Shown: piece after piece, positions 11,093-19,399 of the stretch
Layout: each line of letters starts with the position of its first letter
How positions within the stretch are numbered: the stretch's first letter is position 1
DNA from: Syntrophorhabdaceae bacterium
Lineage (GTDB): Bacteria > Desulfobacterota > Syntrophorhabdia > Syntrophorhabdales > Syntrophorhabdaceae
Assembly: GCA_963665295.1 (NCBI GenBank)
Contig: OY762209.1
Location: forward strand, 512,001-576,000
Reading direction: 5' to 3'
DNA length: 64,000 nucleotides
Notes under the pieces: generated by a model
The model's database searches: none
Told to the model about the DNA's origin: nothing
The model's input: the letters and a program-made list of their open reading frames with translations, nothing else
Program-made: the position numbers and the translations under genes

Positions 11093-11387
11093 ATTTGTTT
11101 TTGTTCAACGAGTTTAAAATGCAGCTATATCAAACAGATGGTAGATATGATATCGGACATGTATGGGATACGTATCGGGACGTACCCGACGACCATACAA
11201 AAAAGGACAACCATCTACTAAGATTGTCCAGTCGCCAAACTAGTCGCACTGTTCGAAATGGTTGCCCATCGCTGAGTACGACTAATCGCTAAGCTGCTAA
11301 GCTTGCTAATTTGGCGACTGGAATTTTTCTAATTTAATATTATTATTCTTTTGGATTCTCGTCAAACAGTGAGCCAAATGTCGACTC

Positions 11388-11396
11388 TGTGGATAA
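11388..11396 (-). promoter_or_regulatory. Consensus DnaA box (TTATCCACA)
   Basis: tgtggataa on + strand. Single intergenic copy. Confidence 0.4.
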
Positions 11397-11490
11397 CTTA
11401 AAAAGATCGCCGAAGGGTTCTGGCGGACTCCGATGGCGGCCTGGAACGGTTCGGCGCCAATGTCTCTACTGACGCTGTACAGGCAGATAC

Positions 11491-11530
11491 AAAAAGAGGC
11501 AGAGACTTGCGACATGCAAATCTCTGCCTT
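11491..11530 (-). terminator. Rho-independent terminator after 11541-12284
   Basis: Minus strand aggcagagatttgc-atgtc-gcaagtctctgcct followed by cttttt. Confidence 0.7.
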
Positions 11531-11540
11531 TCAGCCAGCT

Positions 11541-12284
11541 TCAATAGTAATGGATCTCTGCCGGCTGGCAATCAAGGTCCGGAAAACTTGTAGCCAACTT
11601 CCCGTTTCCCTTTTTTTCGTCTTCGACCAGCTTTGAATACTGCGATCCGGTCAAACTGACTTTGACGAGGTACTTACCGTAGAAATGAATCTCCCCGTTA
11701 AGGTTCATATTGCCGATCCTGACCTTCACCTTATCTCCTGAAACTCCAACAGGCGACGAAGTCTTGCTCCAATCGAGTTCAATGAAGCCGACATATTTTC
11801 CGCCAGTTTTCAAGAACTCAACCGAGGAACTATTTATGATAGCTGAATATACTGCCGGTATTGTCTCTATGAAGTCCATGTAATAGAGAACTCCCGTCGC
11901 GTTGTCCTCCCAATATATTCTCACTACCATTTCAGCTCCCGCTTGACTTTCCGGCAACCTAAGCGACTTGCTCAGAATACCGCCCCCTTGAAGATCGGTC
12001 ACTACATCCTCTTTAGAAACTGAGACATCTTGTCCTTGAGCAAACTCGCCATTGAAATACACCTCCCACCTTTTCAGGTTGAAGACTTTATCGATCGTAA
12101 AAGTCACCACTCTCCTATCCTCGTTATTGCCGTAAGGATAGAAGAAATACGTGGTATCCAATGAAGGGCATTCTCCTCCACGCAAACAATGCCCAGGCGC
12201 TGCACTTTCAGGAACCTCTTGGGCGCCCGCAAAATTAAACAACAGCGACATAAAGCAAAATGCAAAAACCGCCTTCTTCAGCAT
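11541..12284 (-). CDS. Hypothetical secreted protein
   Basis: Signal peptide MLKKAVFAFCFMSLLFNFAGA, AGGAGG RBS, 247 aa. Confidence 0.75.
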   Translation of the reverse strand: MLKKAVFAFCFMSLLFNFAGAQEVPESAAPGHCLRGGECPSLDTTYFFYPYGNNEDRRVVTFTIDKVFNLKRWEVYFNGEFAQGQDVSVSKEDVVTDLQGGGILSKSLRLPESQAGAEMVVRIYWEDNATGVLYYMDFIETIPAVYSAIINSSSVEFLKTGGKYVGFIELDWSKTSSPVGVSGDKVKVRIGNMNLNGEIHFYGKYLVKVSLTGSQYSKLVEDEKKGNGKLATSFPDLDCQPAEIHYY

Positions 12285-12480
12285 GACAAACCTCCTTGTA
12301 TAATCAATTTTGTTAGAGTGGCAACGTCACTCTTTTGTCATTCTATCTAATCAGCAGTTATCCCTGTAATATCGATTAGTTGTCAAATAGCTGACTGTCC
12401 AGTGTATAATACAATTGAAATCTGTCAAGTGGCTTGGAGAGAGAACTCCAATTTTGTTGGGGATTTGAATAGAATGATGT

Positions 12481-12783
12481 TTAAGCGTTGCGTTTGGCAA
12501 GGGTTCGAGGAAAAACTTTTTCTTCCAACCTCTCCACTCTATGCTCCAAATCCTTATGATCAAAGACGTGGACCCGGCGGTGTTCCACTTCTGCTTTAAG
12601 GTCCTCAAGCTTATCTTCAATTATGTCAAATCTCCTATCAACTGCGTCAAATCTTTCATTAACTGCCTCAAATCTCTTGTCTACTACCTGGAATTTTTTG
12701 TCCATCTTCTCGTTTATTTCATTAAAACCATTGGCCACCATTCCGGCCAAATCCTCCAAAGTTATTTCTTTGTTTTGTCCCAT
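12481..12783 (-). CDS. Small heptad-repeat coiled-coil protein
   Basis: ITLEDLAGMVANGF followed by (V)DKRF-type heptads. Confidence 0.75.
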   Translation of the reverse strand: MGQNKEITLEDLAGMVANGFNEINEKMDKKFQVVDKRFEAVNERFDAVDRRFDIIEDKLEDLKAEVEHRRVHVFDHKDLEHRVERLEEKVFPRTLAKRNA

Positions 12784-12996
12784 ATGAAGTGTTTTAAGTT
12801 ATGAATAACATTACTATTTTATCATAATCATACATCTCGTCAATTTTCCTATTCATCGCCACACTCATCGCTTCTTTTTCTAATGCCTTCTTCGGCAACA
12901 ATCCCCTTCTTTTGTAATTCTGTGAGTCCTCTAAACTGAAGAAATCCGAACGGAAGTTATTTTGAAAATTTATTGGGACTAAAAGGAGGTGTTCCC

Positions 12997-13143
12997 ATGG
13001 ATTACGAGAAGATGTCCAATGAAGAGCTTGACCAATTGATCTTACAAATGTTTTCCGGACGATATTTCAAGGAGGTGACGGACGACAACCGCGAAACAGC
13101 AATAGCCTTTCTGAAGTTCTTCGAAGAAGAGAAAGGAGGTTAA
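12997..13143 (+). CDS. Small hypothetical protein (48 aa)
   Basis: AGGAGGT RBS; MDYEKMSNEELDQLILQMF...EEKGG. Below the ORF-track cutoff. Confidence 0.65.
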   Translation: MDYEKMSNEELDQLILQMFSGRYFKEVTDDNRETAIAFLKFFEEEKGG

Positions 13144-13145
13144 AG

Positions 13146-13403
13146 ATGTACAGTCCGAAGATTAACGAAGACCTAATCCCCTATCTCTACCGGCTCAGCC
13201 GGCATCTCGGACAGCCAATGACCAGAACGGTGAACTCGATCCTCAAGGAGGCGTTACTCCATTTCAAGGACACCGGAATATTCTCGGAAATCGAAGCGGA
13301 AGAGAAAGCTCTCGAAGAGCTGACCGCCTACTTCAGAAAAGTCACGAGTGGCAGGAAGAAGAAGACCGCCCAGGTTATCGAGCTTCTCAGAAAAATCGCA
13401 TAG
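13146..13403 (+). CDS. Hypothetical protein, possibly ribbon-helix-helix-like N-terminus
   Basis: AGGAGGT RBS; MYSPKINEDLIPYLYRLS...MTRTVNSIL. Confidence 0.7.
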   Translation: MYSPKINEDLIPYLYRLSRHLGQPMTRTVNSILKEALLHFKDTGIFSEIEAEEKALEELTAYFRKVTSGRKKKTAQVIELLRKIA

Positions 13404-13409
13404 GAGGTG
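13352..13409 (+). repeat. 58 bp imperfect direct repeat, copy 1
   Basis: caggaagaagaagaccgcccaggtt...aaaatcgcataggaggtg; 51/58 identical to 13777-13834. Confidence 0.9.
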
Positions 13410-13413
13410 TGAG

Positions 13414-13776
13414 GTGATCACTATCACCAGGGAAGAAGTGGAAAGAATCTTTTCGATCTCCACTCATCAAGTGGAAGTGGTGGAGGCGCTTTACCGGCTC
13501 GCGTTCCCAGATTACGACGAGATCATGAAGCTTGACGGTTTCCCGGAAGCGGGAGAGAAACTCTCCAAGCTCATCTGGAACAAGTTTTTTGATTTCGATG
13601 AAAAGCATCACCCGAACGTGATGAAGGGCGGAAGATGGATGAACAACGGCTTCTCAACCAACAAGAAACTTGGCGATTGGGAAGTTGATGTTGCCGGAGT
13701 GAAGAAGATTATGAAGGAGAAAGAGAGTCCGCTTTTCCGGAATTTCTATCGCTGTGCGCAGGACGGTACGCGGTGA
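13414..13776 (+). CDS. Hypothetical phage/ICE protein
   Basis: GTG after GGAGG; 120 aa; lies exactly between the two 58 bp repeats. Confidence 0.7.
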   Translation: MITITREEVERIFSISTHQVEVVEALYRLAFPDYDEIMKLDGFPEAGEKLSKLIWNKFFDFDEKHHPNVMKGGRWMNNGFSTNKKLGDWEVDVAGVKKIMKEKESPLFRNFYRCAQDGTR

Positions 13777-13834
13777 CAGGAAGAAGAAGACCGCCCAGGT
13801 TGTCCAATCTCTCAACAAAATCGCATAGGAGGTG
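13777..13834 (+). repeat. 58 bp imperfect direct repeat, copy 2
   Basis: See copy 1. Supplies the RBS for 13839. Confidence 0.9.
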
Positions 13835-13838
13835 AATC

Positions 13839-14057
13839 ATGAAAAAGCGCCGCCGTCAGAAGCCCAAGAAACTCATATGGATATTGGGCGCAGTATCCTT
13901 ATTTCTTCTCGCCGTTATCGCGTTCGGTACGACGATGATATCGTACTCGCTACACGAGATTCTTGTAACCGCTCAGGAAAATATCGCTTCATACGAACCC
14001 GAACACAAGGAACCCACCAAATTCAAAAGCATAGGAGGAATGAAATGGAAGAAATGA
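13839..14057 (+). CDS. Small membrane protein
   Basis: Basic N-terminus plus hydrophobic helix; GGAGG RBS. Confidence 0.6.
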   Translation: MKKRRRQKPKKLIWILGAVSLFLLAVIAFGTTMISYSLHEILVTAQENIASYEPEHKEPTKFKSIGGMKWKK

Positions 14058-14782
14058 TTATTCATCGGGGAGGAGAGATCGTTACCCGAGAACAGCTTGA
14101 CCTTATCAAGGTGCCGGATGCCACCGATTCATACATCCCGGTATCGCACTACCATCTGGCCGACAAACTGGTCGGCATATCGAAGGATATTCTCCGCGAT
14201 TACGTTTTGGTCGGAGAAAACTACGCCGTGGCCCGGCAGGGGAACCAGATGTTCGCGGCGCTCAAGTTCCAGCGGGACGAGTCGGACATGGCGCTCTCTA
14301 TCGCCTTCCGGAATTCTTACGACCGCTCGATGAGTCTCGGGATCGCTATCGGCGCTTCGGTCTTCGTCTGCGATAACTTGGCCCTTCAGGGCGACATCGT
14401 CATCATGAGGAAGCACACCAAGAATGTCTGGAACGAACTCGAAGATTTGGCGATTGCGACGCTCTACAAATCCCAGAAGACCTTTGAGCAGATCGTGGCC
14501 GACGCGGCCCTGCTCAAGAAGCAGCGCCTCAAGAACGACGAGGCGTTCATGTTCATGGGGATGCTCTTCGGCTATCACATCGTGAGCCCGAGACAACTCT
14601 CGATCCTCAAGGAAGAATGGCTTAGGCCGTCGCATACCGAATTCGAGGAAAGGAACATGTGGTCACTCTTTAACGCGACAACCGAAAGTCTCAAGAGCTG
14701 TCCGCCCGTCACCATCATGGAAAAGCACGGTCAGGCGTACAACCTGCTCACGCAAGGCAAATACCCGGCGCTCACCGCGTAA
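14045..14782 (+). CDS. DUF932-like protein
   Basis: AGGAGG RBS before ATG 14045; FRNSYDRS...GASVFVCDNL and WSLFNATTE motifs. Confidence 0.8.
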   Translation: MEEMIIHRGGEIVTREQLDLIKVPDATDSYIPVSHYHLADKLVGISKDILRDYVLVGENYAVARQGNQMFAALKFQRDESDMALSIAFRNSYDRSMSLGIAIGASVFVCDNLALQGDIVIMRKHTKNVWNELEDLAIATLYKSQKTFEQIVADAALLKKQRLKNDEAFMFMGMLFGYHIVSPRQLSILKEEWLRPSHTEFEERNMWSLFNATTESLKSCPPVTIMEKHGQAYNLLTQGKYPALTA

Positions 14783-14812
14783 TCCGATTTCTCGAAATTT
14801 AAGGAGGCCGTC

Positions 14813-15220
14813 ATGATCGTATCACGGGAAAGGGCGGAACTTTCTTCGCCCGCAGCAGCGGCAGGCCTCCTTAGGAAACTTCTCCGAAAGGAAGACTGCC
14901 TATCGAAAGACAGAGAGCATTTCTGGGTCATCACGCTCAATACCAGAAACCGGGTAAGGTTTGTGGAACTCATAAGCCTTGGGACGATGAACACCAGCGT
15001 CGTAGCCCCGAGAGAGATCTTCCGAAGGGCCATAATCAGGGGAGCGTCCTCGATCATACTGGGACACAACCATCCTTCGGGAAACCCTGAGCCCAGCCAA
15101 GAGGATTTGGAGATTACCAGAAGGATTGTGGAAGCCGGAAAGATCGTCGGGATCGAGGTGGTCGACCATATCATCATCGGCAAAAGCGATTATTCCTTCA
15201 AAGAAAAGGGGCTCATTTAG
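14813..15220 (+). CDS. radC: RadC-like JAB domain protein
   Basis: DREHF...PREIF...HNHPSG.PEPS.ED...DHIII motifs. Confidence 0.92.
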   Translation: MIVSRERAELSSPAAAAGLLRKLLRKEDCLSKDREHFWVITLNTRNRVRFVELISLGTMNTSVVAPREIFRRAIIRGASSIILGHNHPSGNPEPSQEDLEITRRIVEAGKIVGIEVVDHIIIGKSDYSFKEKGLI

Positions 15221-15229
15221 GAAAACAAT

Positions 15230-15424
15230 ATGGAAAAGAAAACACCCGTTATCAAGAAGAAAATACTCACTACCAAAGACCTTGCGCTCCTCTTGGTGGG
15301 AACCACCATCAAGCTGGACTGCGGGCATGAGGCTACCATTGGACATAACTTCGCCAATACGGTAATTATCTTGTCCGAGGGCGGAGGAAAGATTAAGACC
15401 CTCTGCCATAATTGCGGATATTAG
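15230..15424 (+). CDS. Small Cys/His protein (putative Zn binding)
   Basis: LDCGH and CHNC motifs; co-oriented in the operon. Confidence 0.6.
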   Translation: MEKKTPVIKKKILTTKDLALLLVGTTIKLDCGHEATIGHNFANTVIILSEGGGKIKTLCHNCGY

Positions 15425-15433
15425 GAGGAAGAG

Positions 15434-15583
15434 ATGTTTGTCATTCTCAGTTGATTGGATCATTCAGACATCGGCCTTATCCTCCACCAGGACGGAAAGG
15501 TCCGGCTGTTTGAGACCCACGCCGAAGCGGAGAGCTTCGCGGAGTCGGAGCTTGCCGCGAATTGGCAAATCATTGAATTGTAA
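15434..15583 (+). pseudogene. Small gene with in-frame TGA at codon 7
   Basis: AGGAGG RBS; MFVILS*LDHSDIGLILHQDGKVRLFETHAEAESFAESELAANWQIIEL. Confidence 0.5.
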
Positions 15584-15751
15584 TTTTGGGGGAAGAACCG
15601 AAACCGGATCTTCCCCTCTCATTTTGCCCAAAGCATACCTGAATAAGCACCTGATCTGATGCATAGACATATTACCCATCCCTTTTGGCCCGATAGAATC
15701 AACTGCCAGTCGCCGAATTTCTTGAAATCGGCTTAAACAAGTAATTAATTT

Positions 15752-15882
15752 GGGGGAGAAGCATTTTCTGTGGTCCGTCGGCGAAGCACGACAGAACCCC
15801 AGCGCAGGGCTTTAACCGCAAAAGCAAAACAATGACGGTATAAACCCCTGCGCTGGGCTTCGCCACAGAAAAGCATCCCCCC
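15752..15882. other. ~130 bp nested inverted repeat (candidate oriT/origin or structured RNA)
   Basis: Arms ttttctgtgg/ccacagaaaa, ggcgaagc/gcttcgcc and cccagcgcaggg/ccctgcgctggg around an A-rich loop. Confidence 0.6.
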
Positions 15883-15895
15883 GTATTTTTGATTT

Positions 15896-16570
15896 ATGAT
15901 ACTCAGTAGAGCAACCATCCGGGAGTTCATTTCCAAAATGGAATGGGCCACCGCCGCCAACATCTGCTTTCTCCTTTCCGGAAAGAGGAAGCGGAGAGAC
16001 TACGCCATTGTCGCCGCCGAACTTAACAGCATGTGCCGGACCAAGCGCAAGGAAATCCGTCTTAAAAAACTCAACCACGAATTCTATACCTGCTATGCTC
16101 TGGCCACCAATCCGAGAACAACCCTCAACCACAACCATGTCGAACACGACATCAAGCTCCGGAGCTGTTTGGGAAGATACTTCTATCTTTGCGGCCATGG
16201 ACTCATGGAATACCTCTCCATCGAAACCTTTGCCGACGCGGTCCTCAAGCTCAGTACCGGAGACCTGTATTTCGAATTCGACAGCGGACATATGGGAAGG
16301 AAGCAACTCAAGACCAAGATTATGACGCATTACACAGGCAAAGGAGCCTTCAGAGTTGTCTTCTGGACAGGGACCGCCGAATACGCCCACTGGAAGAACG
16401 CGGCAACGATTAAATGCCTGGAACGGAACCGTCTCAACCTGTTATTTCAAATCACGAGAAAGGTACTCAGGGAGAAACCGAACCGGGTGTTGGGGGCTTC
16501 GTATCACGACTATCTGGAAACCGGGAGACTGCATACCCAGAAAGGGTCCTCCATTTGGACCAATGAGTGA
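15896..16570 (+). CDS. Divergent replication-relaxation (PF13814-like) protein
   Basis: wHTH-like N-terminus, HxxEHD, then ADAVL...YFEFDSGHM...KI..HY...RVVF (PD-(D/E)xK-like core). Confidence 0.65.
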   Translation: MILSRATIREFISKMEWATAANICFLLSGKRKRRDYAIVAAELNSMCRTKRKEIRLKKLNHEFYTCYALATNPRTTLNHNHVEHDIKLRSCLGRYFYLCGHGLMEYLSIETFADAVLKLSTGDLYFEFDSGHMGRKQLKTKIMTHYTGKGAFRVVFWTGTAEYAHWKNAATIKCLERNRLNLLFQITRKVLREKPNRVLGASYHDYLETGRLHTQKGSSIWTNE

Positions 16571-16827
16571 AATCGTCCTACTGCTCTCAACTGTGACTAC
16601 GAACCAGATGGAGTAGTCGTCGGTAACGGCTTTTGAATGAAAGCCGGAAACACCGCCTAACTCAATAGAGGGAGGCTATGCGAAATGCTGATGGTGACGT
16701 GACTAAGCTGGCGACGGGTCGGGCTCTCTCGGTTTCACGCGACGGGTCCGGTCTTAAAGGACGAAACGTTTCGTTCCCCTCTCGGCCATAATGGTCGGGA
16801 GGGGACAAACCCTTGCGAATAATGAAT

Positions 16828-17403
16828 TCAGTCAACCTTTGTGGTTACAAGTTTCCTGATGAATGACATGAGATCATCGTAGTCTTTCCTTCTCTTACCA
16901 TATAAATCCTCGTAAATCAAAATCTCGGAAAAAGCCGAAAACGCCGCACCAGCTCTCATAAATTCCTTCAGCTTTTCACTACTCAGATTATCAATGTATT
17001 CCTCGTAATCAGAAATTTCGGGGTAAGGCAGATCCTTGATAGCAGCGACGAAAGAGCCTCCAAAATACATATTGAAGGCCCATAGTTTCCAAGTGTTCCG
17101 GCATTCAATTTTGTATCTGTCGTATGCTTCGATTATTCCCAAAAACCAGTCAATAATGGGCGCATCGGCATCAATTTCCCTTTTGAGGCAATCGACGAGA
17201 TACACCATGCTCAGCCATTCAATGAATTCAATCACGGTTCCCCTGAAGTTGATTTTGTCTTTATCCTTGTATGCGCTCTGGACCAGTGATTTGTTGGCGA
17301 AGGCTTTATCAACTGTCGGGTCTTCTAAGATCGGGGTTGAGGCTACCGCTTGGATAACATTGTAATACCTGCCATACATCTCATGTATGAGTTTTCTCTC
17401 CAT
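16828..17403 (-). CDS. Hypothetical protein
   Basis: 191 aa, GGAGG RBS, own consensus promoter. Confidence 0.75.
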   Translation of the reverse strand: MERKLIHEMYGRYYNVIQAVASTPILEDPTVDKAFANKSLVQSAYKDKDKINFRGTVIEFIEWLSMVYLVDCLKREIDADAPIIDWFLGIIEAYDRYKIECRNTWKLWAFNMYFGGSFVAAIKDLPYPEISDYEEYIDNLSSEKLKEFMRAGAAFSAFSEILIYEDLYGKRRKDYDDLMSFIRKLVTTKVD

Positions 17404-17436
17404 TGTCCACCCTCCGGATCAATTTGCAAAAAGATA

Positions 17437-17464
17437 ATTATATACCGTACGTATTAAATGTCAA
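17437..17464 (-). promoter_or_regulatory. Sigma70-type promoter TTGACA-N16-TATAAT
   Basis: tgtcaa at 17459-17464 and attata at 17437-17442. Confidence 0.6.
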
Positions 17465-17528
17465 CCAGAAATTGTAGACAGCTAACTGCCGAAAAGAGAA
17501 CAATAAGCGCCTTTACTGAATTATTGTC

Positions 17529-17557
17529 TTGACAAAGATTCTTATTGTATAGATAAT
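17529..17557 (+). promoter_or_regulatory. Sigma70-type promoter TTGACA-N17-GATAAT (divergent)
   Basis: ttgaca at 17529-17534 and gataat at 17552-17557. Confidence 0.55.
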
Positions 17558-17649
17558 AGTGTATAGTATTATTTTAACATTATTAAGTGTAGGGGCCACA
17601 GCGGATTCGATTAGAGCGCCGATTCCATCGGCAAACGCAGGTGCAAAAG

Positions 17650-17880
17650 ATGAAGGCGGAGAAGAGAACAGAGATCATGAAGACTCTGGAATTTTTAAAA
17701 GTAGCAGAGCCGCTCACCATCGGAGCAGCCATCAAAAAACTCTACCAGGAGAATTTTGTCTACAGGAATGAAGCATCAATCATCAACAACGACCGAACCG
17801 GTAATGTTAACCCTCCTCTCAAACTACTGATAGCAGGCAGCCAAAATCTTCCGCCAACAGGCAAGACTTTGGCTGCGTAG
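17650..17880 (+). CDS. Hypothetical protein
   Basis: Short ORF downstream of the promoter; no recognisable motif. Confidence 0.4.
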   Translation: MKAEKRTEIMKTLEFLKVAEPLTIGAAIKKLYQENFVYRNEASIINNDRTGNVNPPLKLLIAGSQNLPPTGKTLAA

Positions 17881-18006
17881 GTCCCTATAAACCACTCCTT
17901 GCCTTTATTGCGGAAAAGCTCTCAGCAATTGCCGCTTTCACGCAGTATCGACCAGGAAACATTTAATATCCTCAACACCATAATAAAAAGATAGGAGGTG
18001 TCCCTT

Positions 18007-18222
18007 ATGTCGCGCTGGTGGCATGCTAACGAAATCGCAAAAGAATACAATCGTACTCGCCGCACCATCTACCGCTGGCTTGAAGAAGGATATATCAAAG
18101 GCAAAAAGATAAAGAGCAACTGGCTCGTCCCTGACGAAGAGGTCAAAAAGATAATAAGGGACCCCGATGATGACGGGAGCGATCCCAGCTTTAACAAGCC
18201 TTCACCAGATTCAACTACGTAG
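18007..18222 (+). CDS. Excisionase-like HTH protein
   Basis: AGGAGG RBS; ANEIAKEY...TIYRWLEEG.IKG.KI...WLVP. Confidence 0.85.
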   Translation: MSRWWHANEIAKEYNRTRRTIYRWLEEGYIKGKKIKSNWLVPDEEVKKIIRDPDDDGSDPSFNKPSPDSTT

Positions 18223-18236
18223 CAATACTCGCCGTT

Positions 18237-18278
18237 AGCCCCCCAGCCCCCATTTGCAAGGGACTGGGGGGCTTTTTT
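18237..18278 (+). terminator. Rho-independent terminator
   Basis: agccccccag...ctggggggct followed by a T run. Confidence 0.75.
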
Positions 18279-18325
18279 GTCGAACGTACCACCAAACCTT
18301 CGCAACGTTTAGAAAAACTTTTGTG

Positions 18326-18355
18326 CGACACCCTACGACACCCTACGACAACCTT
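18326..18355 (+). repeat. 10 bp tandem repeat x3
   Basis: cgacacccta cgacacccta cgacaacctt, upstream of speD. Confidence 0.8.
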
Positions 18356-18417
18356 CCTGGTAACCGCATTATCCTCGTGGGAAAATCTCACATAGAAACA
18401 CTCTCAAGGAGGACGAC

Positions 18418-18837
18418 ATGGACTCACTTGTACACGAAACAAATGGAAGACTGGTTATGCTCGACCTTTGGGGATGCGATTTTGAGACGCTCAATAATTT
18501 CGCATCTCTTTCGAGTGAGGCAAAAGTGGCAGCCGAAAAGGCGGGAATGAATGTTCTCGCAATTTCCGTTGTGCCTTTTGTGCCGCAGGGGTACAGCATA
18601 GTCTTGACTCTAAGTGAATCACACCTCACTATCCACACCTCTCCCGAACAGGGGTATGCGGCTATCGACGTCTTCACCTGCGGGCACGGAAAACCTCACG
18701 TTGCCGCGAACCATTTACTGGCAATTCTCAAACCCGGCCAGATTCTTGCGAAAGTAATCCAAAGAGGGGAGCAGGCTCCGGCAGGCGCAGAGGGCTTTAA
18801 TGGAAATTTTCAGTCCGGGAGCACCCGCCATGCTTAG
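18418..18837 (+). CDS. speD: S-adenosylmethionine decarboxylase proenzyme (pyruvoyl-dependent family)
   Basis: PQGYS...LSESHLTIHTSPEQGYAAIDVFTCG (ESH self-cleavage site); AGGAGG RBS. Confidence 0.9.
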   Translation: MDSLVHETNGRLVMLDLWGCDFETLNNFASLSSEAKVAAEKAGMNVLAISVVPFVPQGYSIVLTLSESHLTIHTSPEQGYAAIDVFTCGHGKPHVAANHLLAILKPGQILAKVIQRGEQAPAGAEGFNGNFQSGSTRHA

Positions 18838-19399
18838 TGGCCAACTCACTCGCTTGAGACCTCTGGAAGATAAGGACTTTGCCTACTACTACTCGTGCAT
18901 GGACAATCCCGACTTGGCCGGAGTTGTCTTGGGAGACGCAGTCCCCTCTCCAAGGGAACTGACCAAGAAGCTGCTTCAAAAACAGGACGACCTCCTCCTT
19001 ACGGTAGAAACCTTATCGGGTACGCCAGTAGGTTTTTGCTTTCTCCGCAACATGCACCCCATTCACCGCTTTGCCGAGCTTGAACAATTCTTTATCGGAA
19101 ATCCCAGAGACCGCCGTCGTGGACACGGAGAAGATGCCATCCGGACGCTCACTCGCTACTGCTTTAGCATCCTCGGACTCAATCGAGTCTGGCTCATAAC
19201 CTATGCTTACAACTTCTCTGCAATACGCTTCTATGAAAAATGCGGTTTCTCGAAAGAAGGCGTGCTCAGACAGATTCAATTCACAGGAAGGGAGTATCAT
19301 GACGGGGTCACCATGGCCATCTTGCAGCAGGACTGGATTGCTATGCATAAAAGACACCGGTCACCGCACGAACCATCACCGATTGGGGTATCCCGTTGA
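18830..19399 (+). CDS. GNAT N-acetyltransferase (RimJ/RimL/SpeG-like)
   Basis: LRPLE...RRRGHGEDAI...LGLNRV.L...N..AIRFYEKCGF.KEG.LR. Overlaps the speD stop. Confidence 0.9.
   Translation: MLSGQLTRLRPLEDKDFAYYYSCMDNPDLAGVVLGDAVPSPRELTKKLLQKQDDLLLTVETLSGTPVGFCFLRNMHPIHRFAELEQFFIGNPRDRRRGHGEDAIRTLTRYCFSILGLNRVWLITYAYNFSAIRFYEKCGFSKEGVLRQIQFTGREYHDGVTMAILQQDWIAMHKRHRSPHEPSPIGVSR

Noticed and set aside
11388..11396. Chromosomal replication origin
   Set aside because: Only one DnaA box, and no dnaA/dnaN context.
13774..15454. TGA read as Trp/Gly (TGAs at 13774 and 15452 fall where Trp is plausible)
   Set aside because: Other island genes clearly end at TGA with coupled downstream starts and use TGG for Trp. 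Nonsense mutation or a recombination scar is simpler.
16686..16770. Hammerhead ribozyme (ctgatg...gaaac)
   Set aside because: The core reads CTGATGG rather than CTGANGA, and I could not build the three stems.
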